A DNA stretch of 64,000 bases, from the NCBI GenBank assembly GCA_027451665.1, contig DAIDIW010000002.1:146766-210765 (forward strand). Reading direction: 5' to 3'. The position numbers and the translations under genes were made by a program. Shown one piece after another: positions 49,420 through 58,575 of this stretch (within the stretch, counting starts at the first letter, position 1; each line of letters begins with the position of its first letter). Under the pieces are notes generated by a model, which saw only the letters and a program-made list of their open reading frames with translations, was not told where the DNA came from and made no database searches. The DNA is from Candidatus Kaiserbacteria bacterium. GTDB taxonomy: Bacteria; Patescibacteriota; Minisyncoccia; Phycocordibacterales; Phycocordibacteraceae.

Positions 49420-49817
49420 GGCACGTTGCGATAATATGCGTACGACGCCCACCCAACGGTCACGCATGCGACGAATGCCCCGAATAGAAGGCCAGCGACC
49501 AGGACCGCACGTTCATACCGCATGAACCGCAACAGCTCATACCCCGTAGCGAACCCGAGCTGGGCGAATAGGATGTCCGCAAAGCTATTCGTGACAGCTT
49601 CTGTCGAAGCTAGTCCGGTGAACCGCTCAATAAGTTCCCAGCCTCCGGCAACAAGCACGCTTATGCCGAGACCCGGCCAAAAGAAGACCGAGTGTTCGAG
49701 TAGAAGGAATGCGATGAGTGTACCGGAAATCACGTGCGTGATGCTCCAGAGATCAGCATACTTCCCCTCCCATATCGAACGGTCGCTCATGAAGCGAACG
49801 AGCAGAGAATCAGTCAT
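49416..49817 (-). CDS. Hypothetical membrane protein (D.WS..H...WE..E...N...D pattern)
   Basis: TM helices carrying conserved-looking H/E/D residues; coupled to the PAP2 gene. Confidence 0.65.
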   Translation of the reverse strand: MTDSLLVRFMSDRSIWEGKYADLWSITHVISGTLIAFLLLEHSVFFWPGLGISVLVAGGWELIERFTGLASTEAVTNSFADILFAQLGFATGYELLRFMRYERAVLVAGLLFGAFVACVTVGWASYAYYRNVP

Positions 49818-50026
49818 AGGATATGTCACTAAACATCCCTAACTATAACGCAGCCGCTCGAGCGTAAGGGAATACGTGAATAGGAAAGGGCGACGATGTA
49901 CCGCCTTTTCTCGCGCGAGCTAATCCGCACGCTCTCGACTTACCGAGCTATTGGCGGCTCGCTAAACGAAGCAAGAAATACGCCAGTTCATCGTCAAGGC
50001 GGCGGAATTGGACACTGTGTCCGGTT

Positions 50027-50102
50027 TGGTGGACCCTAGGAGATTCGAACTCCTGACCTCGTCAATGCGAATGACGCGCTCTACCAACTGAGCTAAGGGC
50101 CC
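50027..50102 (-). tRNA. tRNA-Ala(CGC)
   Basis: G3:U70 pair; CGTCA-TT-CGC-AT-TGACG; CCA encoded. Confidence 0.95.
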
Positions 50103-50126
50103 TGTGCGGGAGAATATAACAAACTT

Positions 50127-50197
50127 TCGGGCCGCCGGGAATCGAACCCGGTCTACATCCACCCCATGGACGCGTACTACCGGTATACTACGGCCCG
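50127..50197 (-). tRNA. tRNA-Pro(GGG)
   Basis: C1-G72, A73; CGTCC-AT-GGG-GT-GGATG; CCA not encoded. Confidence 0.92.
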
Positions 50198-50235
50198 CGT
50201 GCGCGCAGCATACCACGCACCCACCGTGCTGCGAA

Positions 50236-50631
50236 TCAGAGGAGCACTCCCGCCACGAGATAGACCGCGCTCGAGATGACGGCTCCCGCAAACGTTCCCC
50301 ACGCCATGTCGACCAGGCTCATTGTGAGCGGCCATGCTGCCGTGGTCGCGAGATTCGTGAGATCGTAGGTACCATAGGCAATGAGACCGAAGAACCCGCC
50401 AGCGAAGAAAGCGAACGCGAGCGAGTGCTTCCCTACTGCCGGCTCGATGACGAAAAACACGAGGCCGGCGACGTAGAGTAGATAGAACACGACCGCCGCC
50501 CACCACACCGTATGGCTCGCGAGTAACGAGCCGAGCTGCGACTTATAGAACGAGCGTGCGACGCCCACTATCCACGCGAGGTCGATGACCGCGAGCACCG
50601 GAAGGGTGATGAGGAAGAGCTTGAGATACAT
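50236..50631 (-). CDS. DUF2177-like membrane protein
   Basis: ID..WI, AYGTYDLTNLAT, DMAWG. Confidence 0.8.
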   Translation of the reverse strand: MYLKLFLITLPVLAVIDLAWIVGVARSFYKSQLGSLLASHTVWWAAVVFYLLYVAGLVFFVIEPAVGKHSLAFAFFAGGFFGLIAYGTYDLTNLATTAAWPLTMSLVDMAWGTFAGAVISSAVYLVAGVLL

Positions 50632-50635
50632 AGTA

Positions 50636-51109
50636 CTAGTTTAGCAGCACGATCCCGAGATTAAGCGTCGCGGCATAACTTACCCAGAGCAGGTACGGCA
50701 AGAGCAACCATGCGGATAATGCAGAGAGCGGAATGAATAGCGCAATGAATGCCACGACGCAAAGCCATAAAAGCACGATTATCACCATGCCGGAGCGGGG
50801 CCGATGCATGCCAAAGAAGACGATTGACCAGAGCGCGTTTATGATCAGGTGCCCGAAGAAGACATAGAGTGCGAACGCATAGCCAGGACGGCCGCCAAGA
50901 AAGACGAGCAGCGCAGCGATACCCATGAGGAGATACAGGATGTTCCAGACGGGTGCGAATACCCAGTTCGGCGGGTTCCAGCTCGGCTTCGTGAGCGTGT
51001 CATACCAGGTGCGGATGTTCGGTGTCGTAAAGAGCGCGCCGATGCCGCCAGCAAGATAGGGCGCGATAATGCACGCCGCAGCGATGCCGCAGTATGTGAA
51101 AAAGTTCAT
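50636..51109 (-). CDS. tspO: TspO/MBR tryptophan-rich sensory protein
   Basis: WYDTLTKPSWNPPNWVFAPVW, NALWSIVFF, LLPYLLWV. Confidence 0.92.
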   Translation of the reverse strand: MNFFTYCGIAAACIIAPYLAGGIGALFTTPNIRTWYDTLTKPSWNPPNWVFAPVWNILYLLMGIAALLVFLGGRPGYAFALYVFFGHLIINALWSIVFFGMHRPRSGMVIIVLLWLCVVAFIALFIPLSALSAWLLLPYLLWVSYAATLNLGIVLLN

Positions 51110-51144
51110 ATAGGCATGCTAGCACTCTTCCGTGCCATACAAAG

Positions 51145-51186
51145 GGCATACGGAAAGCGCCCCGTGAAGGGCGCTTTCCGTATGCC
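51145..51186. terminator. 18-bp perfect hairpin downstream of tRNA-Val/tRNA-Pro
   Basis: GGCATACGGAAAGCGCCC-CGTGAA-GGGCGCTTTCCGTATGCC. Confidence 0.6.
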
Positions 51187-51208
51187 TATGCCAGATACGA
51201 GCTCTGTG

Positions 51209-51279
51209 TCGGGCCGCCGAGAATCGAACTCGGGTTATACGCACCCGAAGCGTACGTAATACCACTATACCACGGCCCG
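51209..51279 (-). tRNA. tRNA-Pro(CGG)
   Basis: TACGC-TT-CGG-GT-GCGTA; C1-G72; CCA not encoded. Confidence 0.92.
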
Positions 51280-51320
51280 ACACAGAACTTGATCTGTCAC
51301 GCGACACGCCGCGCAAAGAA

Positions 51321-51396
51321 TGGTGGGCGGTACAGGACTCGAACCTGTGACCCCACCCGTGTGAAGGGTGTGCTCTACCAACTGAGCTAACCGCCC
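51321..51396 (-). tRNA. tRNA-Val(CAC)
   Basis: CACCC-TT-CAC-AC-GGGTG; CCA encoded. Confidence 0.95.
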
Positions 51397-51439
51397 ATCT
51401 GTCGCCGCGCCCTGGAAGGATAGCAGATATTGGGTAATT

Positions 51440-52405
51440 TTAAATACCGAGCGACACAAGCGCGCTTTTCACCTCACTAATGGGGAGCGCAAAGCCAACG
51501 TTCTGCGCGCCTTGTGCGGTAGCCACGTCAACGCCGATTGCCTCACCGGAGAGGTTTACAAGCGGCCCGCCCGAGTTGCCGGGATTAATGGCGGCATCGG
51601 TCTGAATGACGCCCTTCAGGGTTTCCGACTGGCCGGTCGCCGTATCTGCTGCCGTAATGGAGCGATTGAGTCCGGAAATGACTCCCACGGAGACCGAGTT
51701 GTTGTATTGGCCGAGCGCATTCCCTACGGCAAACACGCTCTCGCCGAGCTTAAGACTCGAAGAATCGCCGAGCGGAATGGTGGTATACCCGCTACCGGAG
51801 ACTTTCACTACGGCAAGGTCTTCGCTCGGCGAACGCCAAATAACGGTTCCCTGCTTCTGCGTCCCGTTCGCGAGCAAGACCGTATACAGTGCATTCGTGT
51901 CCGGCACGACGTGCTTGTTCGTCACGATATACCCGTTACTCTTCACAAAGAAGCCTGTCCCCGCAGATACCTGCTGCGTCGTGGTGCCCACTTGATGATA
52001 TACCGGCACCTGGATGCCGAAGCCCTGGAAATTCGGGTCGTTCCCGAACGGATTCTCGTACGTCACCTGCAGCTCAGGTACTTCTTTGCTCTCTACAATT
52101 GAAACTACGGCAGGCGTAGCCTTGGCGACTGCGTTCTGCAGCACATTGCTCGAGCCCGGCTGGGCGTTCAATTGCTGCTCGCGTCGCGAGAGCTCAGATA
52201 TAGTTGCTTGGGTAGACGCTGCCGTCGTGCTCGCCGAGTGCGCAAGTTCTGCGACGGCCGCATTCGTTTCGCTAAGCGAGCTCTTAAGCGCAGTCAGCTC
52301 CTTCCCGAGCACGGCAGTCTTGTCCGCCTGCCATGCGAACCCGGCCACGAGTATGAGGAGCGTCACGAGCGCAGCCAGCGCGAACGATTCAGGAATCTGC
52401 TTCAT
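51440..52405 (-). CDS. Trypsin-like (S1C/HtrA) serine protease without PDZ
   Basis: TM plus coiled coil; TNKHVV, DLAVVK, TDAAINPGNSGGPL. Confidence 0.88.
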   Translation of the reverse strand: MKQIPESFALAALVTLLILVAGFAWQADKTAVLGKELTALKSSLSETNAAVAELAHSASTTAASTQATISELSRREQQLNAQPGSSNVLQNAVAKATPAVVSIVESKEVPELQVTYENPFGNDPNFQGFGIQVPVYHQVGTTTQQVSAGTGFFVKSNGYIVTNKHVVPDTNALYTVLLANGTQKQGTVIWRSPSEDLAVVKVSGSGYTTIPLGDSSSLKLGESVFAVGNALGQYNNSVSVGVISGLNRSITAADTATGQSETLKGVIQTDAAINPGNSGGPLVNLSGEAIGVDVATAQGAQNVGFALPISEVKSALVSLGI

Positions 52406-52499
52406 ACGAAGTAATACGATTAGCCTATTATGGAGCTTTCAAGCCGCGCATGTTCTTGATTCCTCACCGCGCCCTTCCTTTACGCTCCTCTGCAATCCT

Positions 52500-52575
52500 T
52501 GGTGGACCCTAGGAGATTCGAACTCCTGACCCCCTCATTGCAAATGAGGTGCTCTACCAGCTGAGCTAAGGGCCC
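52500..52575 (-). tRNA. tRNA-Ala(TGC)
   Basis: G3:U70 pair; CCTCA-TT-TGC-AA-TGAGG; CCA encoded. Confidence 0.95.
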
Positions 52576-52604
52576 CGCGGCTAGCATACTAGCATTTGCG
52601 GCTT

Positions 52605-53017
52605 TTAAAATGAAGATGCGCTTAGGCGTCGTAACACGTCTGACGCGTAGACATCGAGATCCTCATGGGAGAGCAGCTCCTCGAGAGTGTACCAGGCATG
52701 AGCCGTGTGTTCTCCGCTATGGCGTACAACCTCTCCCTCGCCGTGTACCAAATACGTGAGTCGCACCACATGACGATCACCACCCACGAAAAGGTCCTGC
52801 GCCGCGAGCAAGGTCGGCATTTCTGACAGATGAAGTCCGGTCTCTTCGCGTACCTCGCGCGCGAGATTCTCCAGGAGCGGACTGCCTGGTTCGATCCGCC
52901 CTCCGGACAAGTCCCACAAACCCTTCATAACGCCGTACTGTTCAGTGTTACGCTTCAGCAGCAGGAATCTGCCCGTCCGTCGTGAAGAAACGCTTTTACG
53001 CCCACCTGGAGGGTCAT
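52605..53017 (-). pseudogene. NUDIX hydrolase with an apparent 1-nt frameshift near the 5' end
   Basis: ATG 53017 (ATGA overlap with ddl) gives MTLQVGVKAFLHD. The NUDIX body (TGRFLLLKR...GGRIEPG...AREVREETGL) is in another frame from about 52976. Confidence 0.7.
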
Positions 53018-53979
53018 ACCTCTCGAAGTGCGAGCCGGACGAGATGCGAGACAAAATCCGGGAGCGCGATTCCGACTGCGGAAAGCGCCTTTGGCATGAG
53101 CGATTCGCGCGTGAGTCCCGGGAGCGTATTCGTCTCGAGATAGTAGATACCTCGCGGCGTCACCATGAAATCCGAGCGTGAATAGTGGCGCAGGCCGAGA
53201 CCGCGATGCATGAGACGAGCGGCGCGCGCGAGCTCCTCTGCATCGACACGGCGGAAGTGTCCTGGCACGATCTCCCGCGCGGCGCCCGAATACTTTGAAT
53301 GATATGAAAAGAAGTCTCCCGAGGGCGGCACGATTTCTACCGAGGGTAGCACATAAAGCGCCTCGCCACGGATCTGTTCGATGACGCCGGTGGTCGCCTC
53401 CTGTCCGCGCACATACTCCTCAATGAGAATGCTTCGCGCACCCTCTGTACGAAGCCGAAAGAGTGCTTCACGGATCGGCGCATAACCGCCAACGATTGAA
53501 ATACCGAGGGACGAGCCCCAGCCGATCGGCTTTATGACCACCGGCTGATGAAACGCGCGCGTCACTTCCCTTGCGATCGCATCAAGATCATCCTGTGATT
53601 CCACATAACGGAATGCGGGCGTCTGAAGTCCAAGCTCACGCGCCTTCATCTTGGCCATAAGCTTATGCATGGCGAGGTACGATCCGAATGAGTCAGTGCC
53701 GGCATAGGGTACGCCGAATCGCTCAAGGAGCCGCTGGACTTCTCCGTCCTCGCCGTATTCTCCATGCAAACCGACCAGTACGACATCGAGCTGGCGGAGG
53801 ATGCGCTCCGGTGTCGAAGGACGGCCGCGATCATGCCAAAGACCTTGCCGGTCTATGTAGATATCGCGGACGAAGAAGCGCTCGGGAGGCAATGCTTCGA
53901 GCATGGATGCCCCAGTCTTAAGCGAGACCTCATGCTTGCGACTCGGACCGCCGCGGAGCACCCCGACGATGGTTTGCAT
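53014..53979 (-). CDS. ddl: D-alanine--D-alanine ligase
   Basis: GGPSRKHEVS, LHGEYGEDG, KP...GSS, SRSDF, ETNTLPG; TGCTACAAT-N6-ATG. Confidence 0.92.
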   Translation of the reverse strand: MQTIVGVLRGGPSRKHEVSLKTGASMLEALPPERFFVRDIYIDRQGLWHDRGRPSTPERILRQLDVVLVGLHGEYGEDGEVQRLLERFGVPYAGTDSFGSYLAMHKLMAKMKARELGLQTPAFRYVESQDDLDAIAREVTRAFHQPVVIKPIGWGSSLGISIVGGYAPIREALFRLRTEGARSILIEEYVRGQEATTGVIEQIRGEALYVLPSVEIVPPSGDFFSYHSKYSGAAREIVPGHFRRVDAEELARAARLMHRGLGLRHYSRSDFMVTPRGIYYLETNTLPGLTRESLMPKALSAVGIALPDFVSHLVRLALREV

Positions 53980-53998
53980 GGGAAGATTGTAGCATTCG

Positions 53999-55231
53999 TT
54001 AGGAACGCAACGGTTTGCCGCGAGCGCGTCGGTGCCGAGCGAGAGAAAAGCGATGTGCCTCGGAATTCGCAAGCACAGCATCAGCTTCTGAGATCCGCGC
54101 CAGGCGTGCGCCTATGACTTCGCGCGGACGATGACGCTCGTCCTTTATCACGGAAACCACGGGGATGGTGATTCCTGCGTTGACGAGCACGACTTCCGCT
54201 GCCTTCTTCTGGGCTCTCCCACCATCAACGATAATGACATTCGGATACGGCCATTCCGAATGGCCGAAACGGCGCGTAAGCAGCTCTTGCAAGGAAGCGA
54301 TGTCGTCATTCTTCTGGACGCCGCGGATATTGAACGTCCGATACTCCTTCTTTATAGGCACACCATCCTCAACTACCGTCATGACGCCGACCGCATTCGT
54401 ACCGGAGAGATGGGCCGTATCGTACGCCTCGATGCGTCCCGTAGCCCCCACGGTCCCACGATCCTCGCGGATGAGCGAGACATCCTGGAGGTGATCGAGC
54501 GAGAAGAGCTCCTTCCGCGATTCAGCTGCATCCTCGAATCGCTCTTCCTTCGCTGCCTCTCGCATCTCGCGTTCAAGCGTACGTCTGAGCTCCTTGCCGC
54601 GTCCCGAAAGAAAGAGCTTCACATTGCGCATCGTGCGGCGATACTCCAGCGGATCATACGCGCGCGGATAGTGTCCGATCTGTCGATTGAACTCTACCTT
54701 CGCTGCCTGATGCTTGCTCTTCGCCCCGACGGGCTTTGGCGTATCGTAGAATGGGAATATGCGACGGATGAGCCGGAGCCCCTCGCGCAGCTGCGCACCC
54801 GAAGGAAAGGGTCCGTATATATCTGAGACGCCTACGCCCTCACGCGTCTGCTTCTTCGAGCGGTCCAGATCCTTCCCACGGATGGAAAGGATACGTGGGA
54901 TGTCTTCCTTCGTGACGACCGCATACATGAATGAGGAGTCATCCTTGCCGTCGATGTTGGCGGGCGGCATGTAGTGCTTTATGAGCGCCGCCTCGCGCAC
55001 CAAGGCTTCGAGCACCGTGGGCGTCGTCTCGTACGAGAGGCGATTGGTGCTCGTCACCATGTCGACAATACGCGGTCCGCGCGTAACGATGAGATTATCG
55101 TCAAAATAACTCTTCACGCGATCACGCAGCGATGTGGCCTTCCCCACATACAAAACCTTTCTGCCCTTCTTGAAAAGATAGACGCCCGGGCAGTCCGGGA
55201 GTTCCAGTCGCTTCAGATCTGCGCGTTCCAT
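53999..55231 (-). CDS. uvrC: Excinuclease UvrC (short form: GIY-YIG, UVR and RNase H-like domains; no HhH)
   Basis: PGVYLF...YVGKA, FEDAAESR, RIEAYDTAH, IVDGGRAQ, EAHRF. Confidence 0.85.
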   Translation of the reverse strand: MERADLKRLELPDCPGVYLFKKGRKVLYVGKATSLRDRVKSYFDDNLIVTRGPRIVDMVTSTNRLSYETTPTVLEALVREAALIKHYMPPANIDGKDDSSFMYAVVTKEDIPRILSIRGKDLDRSKKQTREGVGVSDIYGPFPSGAQLREGLRLIRRIFPFYDTPKPVGAKSKHQAAKVEFNRQIGHYPRAYDPLEYRRTMRNVKLFLSGRGKELRRTLEREMREAAKEERFEDAAESRKELFSLDHLQDVSLIREDRGTVGATGRIEAYDTAHLSGTNAVGVMTVVEDGVPIKKEYRTFNIRGVQKNDDIASLQELLTRRFGHSEWPYPNVIIVDGGRAQKKAAEVVLVNAGITIPVVSVIKDERHRPREVIGARLARISEADAVLANSEAHRFSLARHRRARGKPLRS

Positions 55232-55293
55232 CATTTCAGTGTGCCTGAGAAGGAAGGCAAACTCAACCGAATAAATAAGTGCAGGCCGGAGAT

Positions 55294-55533
55294 TCACTCC
55301 GGCCGTGCATGTCTCGCTGTCTCGCGGGCTCTTTCCAATACGCGCCGAACGAAGAAAGGAAGCGCACCGGTTTCCTTAAATTCGACATAATATTTCATAC
55401 CGTAGTCGGCCGCGATATGCGGCATGCTTTCGTAATAGTCCCTATGACATTCACAAAAGACATCGATCTCCGTGCTTTCCTTCGAAAGTCCGAGAAACGC
55501 GCGTAATTGCGCGAATACGTATGCATCGGGCAT
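55294..55533 (-). CDS. Hypothetical 79-aa protein
   Basis: GGAGG-like SD upstream; fills the uvrA-uvrC gap. Confidence 0.45.
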   Translation of the reverse strand: MPDAYVFAQLRAFLGLSKESTEIDVFCECHRDYYESMPHIAADYGMKYYVEFKETGALPFFVRRVLERARETARHARPE

Positions 55534-55599
55534 GGTGCCCTCCCGTTTCTGGCCTCTAAAAAGAAAAGTTTAGCACTTCCGCAGAGGGCTATCCCCACC

Positions 55600-58248
55600 C
55601 TACTTCTTCACAGCACGCTTGCGCTTACCGAGCATCTTCGCAAGGTACTGTCCAGTGTACGATCTCTCGACACCCGCAACCTCTTCCGGCGTGCCTTTCG
55701 CGATTATCTTCCCGCCGTTTATGCCGCCTTCAGGACCGAAGTCGATAAGGTAGTCCGCGCTCTTGACGACATCGAGATTATGTTCAATTACGACCACTGT
55801 GTTCCCCCGACGCACGAGCTCCTGGAGAATCTCGATGAGCTTGCGCACGTCCTCGTAGTGGAGGCCTACGGTCGGCTCGTCGAGCAGGTAGAGGGTCTTC
55901 ATCGTATGCGGGCGGTATAGTTCGCTTGCGATCTTAACGCGCTGTGCCTCGCCGCCAGAAAGAGTCGTCGCACTCTGGCCGAGCGTGAGGTATTCGAGGC
56001 CGGTCGAATGCAAGGACTGTAAACGCTCGGCGATAGCCGGGATGTCACCGAAGAATTTTTCTGCTTCCTCGATCGTCATCTGCAGCACCTCGTGGACATT
56101 CTTCCCTCGGTAGGTAATCTCCAGGGTTTCTTTCATGAACCGCTTCCCCTCGCATACATCGCAGGTCACGTAGACGGTAGGCAGGAAGTGCATCTCAACC
56201 GCGATAGAGCCGTTACCCTGGCAGGCCTCGCAGCGCCCGCCAGGTACATTGAAAGAGAAGCGGCCGGGCTTCCATCCGCGCGCTCGCGCTTCAGACGTAG
56301 CGGCAAAGAGATCGCGGACGTGCGTCATTGCTCCCGTATAGGTGGCCGGATTACTGCGGGGCGTCCGGCCGATGGGTGATTGATCGATAAGGACGACGCG
56401 TCCAAGGTATTCCGTCCCGGTAAGTGTGGAAACATGTTCGAGCTTCGCCTCGCGACGCGCAAAGCGCGCCGCGACATTCTTATGGAGGATGTCATAGAGG
56501 AAGGTGGACTTACCGCTGCCAGAGACACCCGTGATGCATACGAGCTTGCCGAGCGGCACATCAACGTTCTGATTCTTCAGGTTATGCAGGGTCGCACCCT
56601 TCACGCGTATCCAGCCCTTCTCTGCCGCGCGACGTTCCTGGGGCACTGTAATCTCCGTTTCGCCGCGTAAGTAAGAAAGCGTGAACGAACCGCTTTCGTT
56701 CTTCGGCGCAGTAAGAAGGTCATCGAGCCAGCCGGCCGCAACGACATTGCCGCCGTGTACGCCAGCTCCCGGACCGATATCGACGATATAGTCTGCGGCG
56801 TAGATAGTGTCTTCGTCGTGCTCGACGACCACGATGGTGTTGCCGAGTTCCCGCAGGCGACCCAAGGTCTCGATGAGACGGTCGTTATCACGCTGATGGA
56901 GGCCGATGGTCGGTTCATCAAGCACGTAGAGCGCGCCTGTGAGCCCGCTTCCAAGTTGCGACGCAAGACGGATACGTTGCGCCTCGCCGCCGGAAAGCGT
57001 CGCAGCGCTACGATCAAGGGTCAGGTAGTCGAGACCGACATTTAGCATGAACGAGAGGCGGTTCTCGATTTCCTTCAAGACCGGGAGCGCGATATCCTGC
57101 TTCATCTCAGAGAGCTCGAGTGAGTCGACGAAGTCCTTCGCGTCCCTGATGCTCATGTCAGTGAAGTCAACGATATTCTTGCCAAGCGTCTTATCCTTTG
57201 ATGATTTCAGGTACACGCGAAGCGCCTCGGGACGTAGACGCTTTCCGCCGCACAGGGGGCAGGGCTCGTCTGAGAAGAGCGACTTAGTGCCGAGTCCGTT
57301 ACACTCCGGACACGCCCCGTACGGCGAGTTGAAAGAGAAGAGACGTGGCTCTACTTCCGGAAAGGACGCACCGTCTTCCGGGCAGATGAACTTCGATGAC
57401 AGCGTCTCGAACGTACCGTCCGCATGCTTAATCTTCACGAGTCCGTCGGCTTCCTTGAGCGCTATCTCGAGCGCTTCTGAAAGGCGCTCACGCGCATCGG
57501 TCGTCGAGCGCGTGAAGTCCGTCACGTAAATGCCATCGACGACCGCGTCGATATCGTGCCGCTTATTGCGGTCGAGCGCGATCTTCTCGCGCAAGCTGTG
57601 CAGCTTGCCGTCTATCATGACCCGCTCGAATCCCTTGCCGAGGAGGTCGTAGAGAAGCTGGTAGTACTCGCCCTTGCGGCCGATAACCACCGGCGCGTAG
57701 ATGGTGACCATCGTCTTATCGACTGCGACACCCATGACCGCCTCGTCGCCTTCCTTGCGGCGCTTCTCGATATTGCCGAGCACCATCTTTATCATCTCCT
57801 CTTTCGAGAGACGCGTGATAGGCACATCGTGATGGATGCAGTATGGCTGGCCCGCGCGCGCATACAGGACGCGCAAATAGTCGTAAATCTCAGTGACTGT
57901 CGCCACCGTCGAGCGCGGATTATTGGAGCGACTCTTCTGATCTATGGAAATCGCCGGCGAGAGTCCCTCGATCTCATCGACGTCCGGCTTACTCATCTGA
58001 TTCAAGAACTGGCGCGCGTACGCGGAAAGCGATTCCACGTAGCGACGCTGCCCTTCCGCAAAGATCGTGTCGAAGGCGAGCGAGGACTTACCCGAGCCCG
58101 AGAGGCCCGTGATAACGCTCATAGCCCCGCGCGGCATCTCCACGTCGATGTTCTTCAGGTTATGGGTACGCGCACCCTTCACGCGGAGCCAGTCGCTCCC
58201 GTGCTTGTGATGATGCTCCTTCGAGTTCTTGTCCTTCTTAGTCGCCAT
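55600..58248 (-). CDS. uvrA: Excinuclease UvrA
   Basis: Two ABC NBDs ([24 protein letters not shown]), Zn fingers, [10 protein letters not shown]. Confidence 0.97.
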   Translation of the reverse strand: MATKKDKNSKEHHHKHGSDWLRVKGARTHNLKNIDVEMPRGAMSVITGLSGSGKSSLAFDTIFAEGQRRYVESLSAYARQFLNQMSKPDVDEIEGLSPAISIDQKSRSNNPRSTVATVTEIYDYLRVLYARAGQPYCIHHDVPITRLSKEEMIKMVLGNIEKRRKEGDEAVMGVAVDKTMVTIYAPVVIGRKGEYYQLLYDLLGKGFERVMIDGKLHSLREKIALDRNKRHDIDAVVDGIYVTDFTRSTTDARERLSEALEIALKEADGLVKIKHADGTFETLSSKFICPEDGASFPEVEPRLFSFNSPYGACPECNGLGTKSLFSDEPCPLCGGKRLRPEALRVYLKSSKDKTLGKNIVDFTDMSIRDAKDFVDSLELSEMKQDIALPVLKEIENRLSFMLNVGLDYLTLDRSAATLSGGEAQRIRLASQLGSGLTGALYVLDEPTIGLHQRDNDRLIETLGRLRELGNTIVVVEHDEDTIYAADYIVDIGPGAGVHGGNVVAAGWLDDLLTAPKNESGSFTLSYLRGETEITVPQERRAAEKGWIRVKGATLHNLKNQNVDVPLGKLVCITGVSGSGKSTFLYDILHKNVAARFARREAKLEHVSTLTGTEYLGRVVLIDQSPIGRTPRSNPATYTGAMTHVRDLFAATSEARARGWKPGRFSFNVPGGRCEACQGNGSIAVEMHFLPTVYVTCDVCEGKRFMKETLEITYRGKNVHEVLQMTIEEAEKFFGDIPAIAERLQSLHSTGLEYLTLGQSATTLSGGEAQRVKIASELYRPHTMKTLYLLDEPTVGLHYEDVRKLIEILQELVRRGNTVVVIEHNLDVVKSADYLIDFGPEGGINGGKIIAKGTPEEVAGVERSYTGQYLAKMLGKRKRAVKK

Positions 58249-58311
58249 CTATAGCCTTTTCCTGCCCGTGGCGGGGCAGGTACAGAATAACTATAACACA
58301 ATTGAAACTAA

Positions 58312-58560
58312 TCAGCGTCTACTCGCCGCGACGCTCCAAGAGATGTATGGACCCGTACTCCCACTCCCTCCTACGATGCTTAGGTGCTGAGGATTTGGCT
58401 GTACAACAATAGCTAGAAAAATTGTCCCCGAAACACCAGCTGCGAGAGAAAGAGTGCCCCAGACTTTGCTTCCCCAATAAGTAAACCGCTTCCAAAAGGA
58501 AGGTGCTGCATGAAATTTCCTTTCTAGTCTAGATCCGATTTCTTCGAAGTTTCCTGTCAT
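58312..58560 (-). CDS. Hypothetical low-GC single-TM small protein
   Basis: 82 aa with a hydrophobic segment; AT-richer than its neighbours. Confidence 0.4.
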   Translation of the reverse strand: MTGNFEEIGSRLERKFHAAPSFWKRFTYWGSKVWGTLSLAAGVSGTIFLAIVVQPNPQHLSIVGGSGSTGPYISWSVAASRR

Positions 58561-58575
58561 TTGGATTTTGCCGCG

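Noticed and set aside
49860-50026. Possible recombinase tail reading into tRNA-Ala(CGC)
   Set aside because: The open stretch is only about 20 codons before the tRNA, with a stop upstream; similarity is too weak to call.
51119-51140. CIRCE-like half site (TAGCACTC)
   Set aside because: The second arm is absent, and the sequence overlaps the tspO extended -10 box.
50027-52531. attL/attR pair formed by identical tRNA-Ala 3' ends
   Set aside because: Both copies are complete tRNAs with different anticodons and no integrase lies between them.
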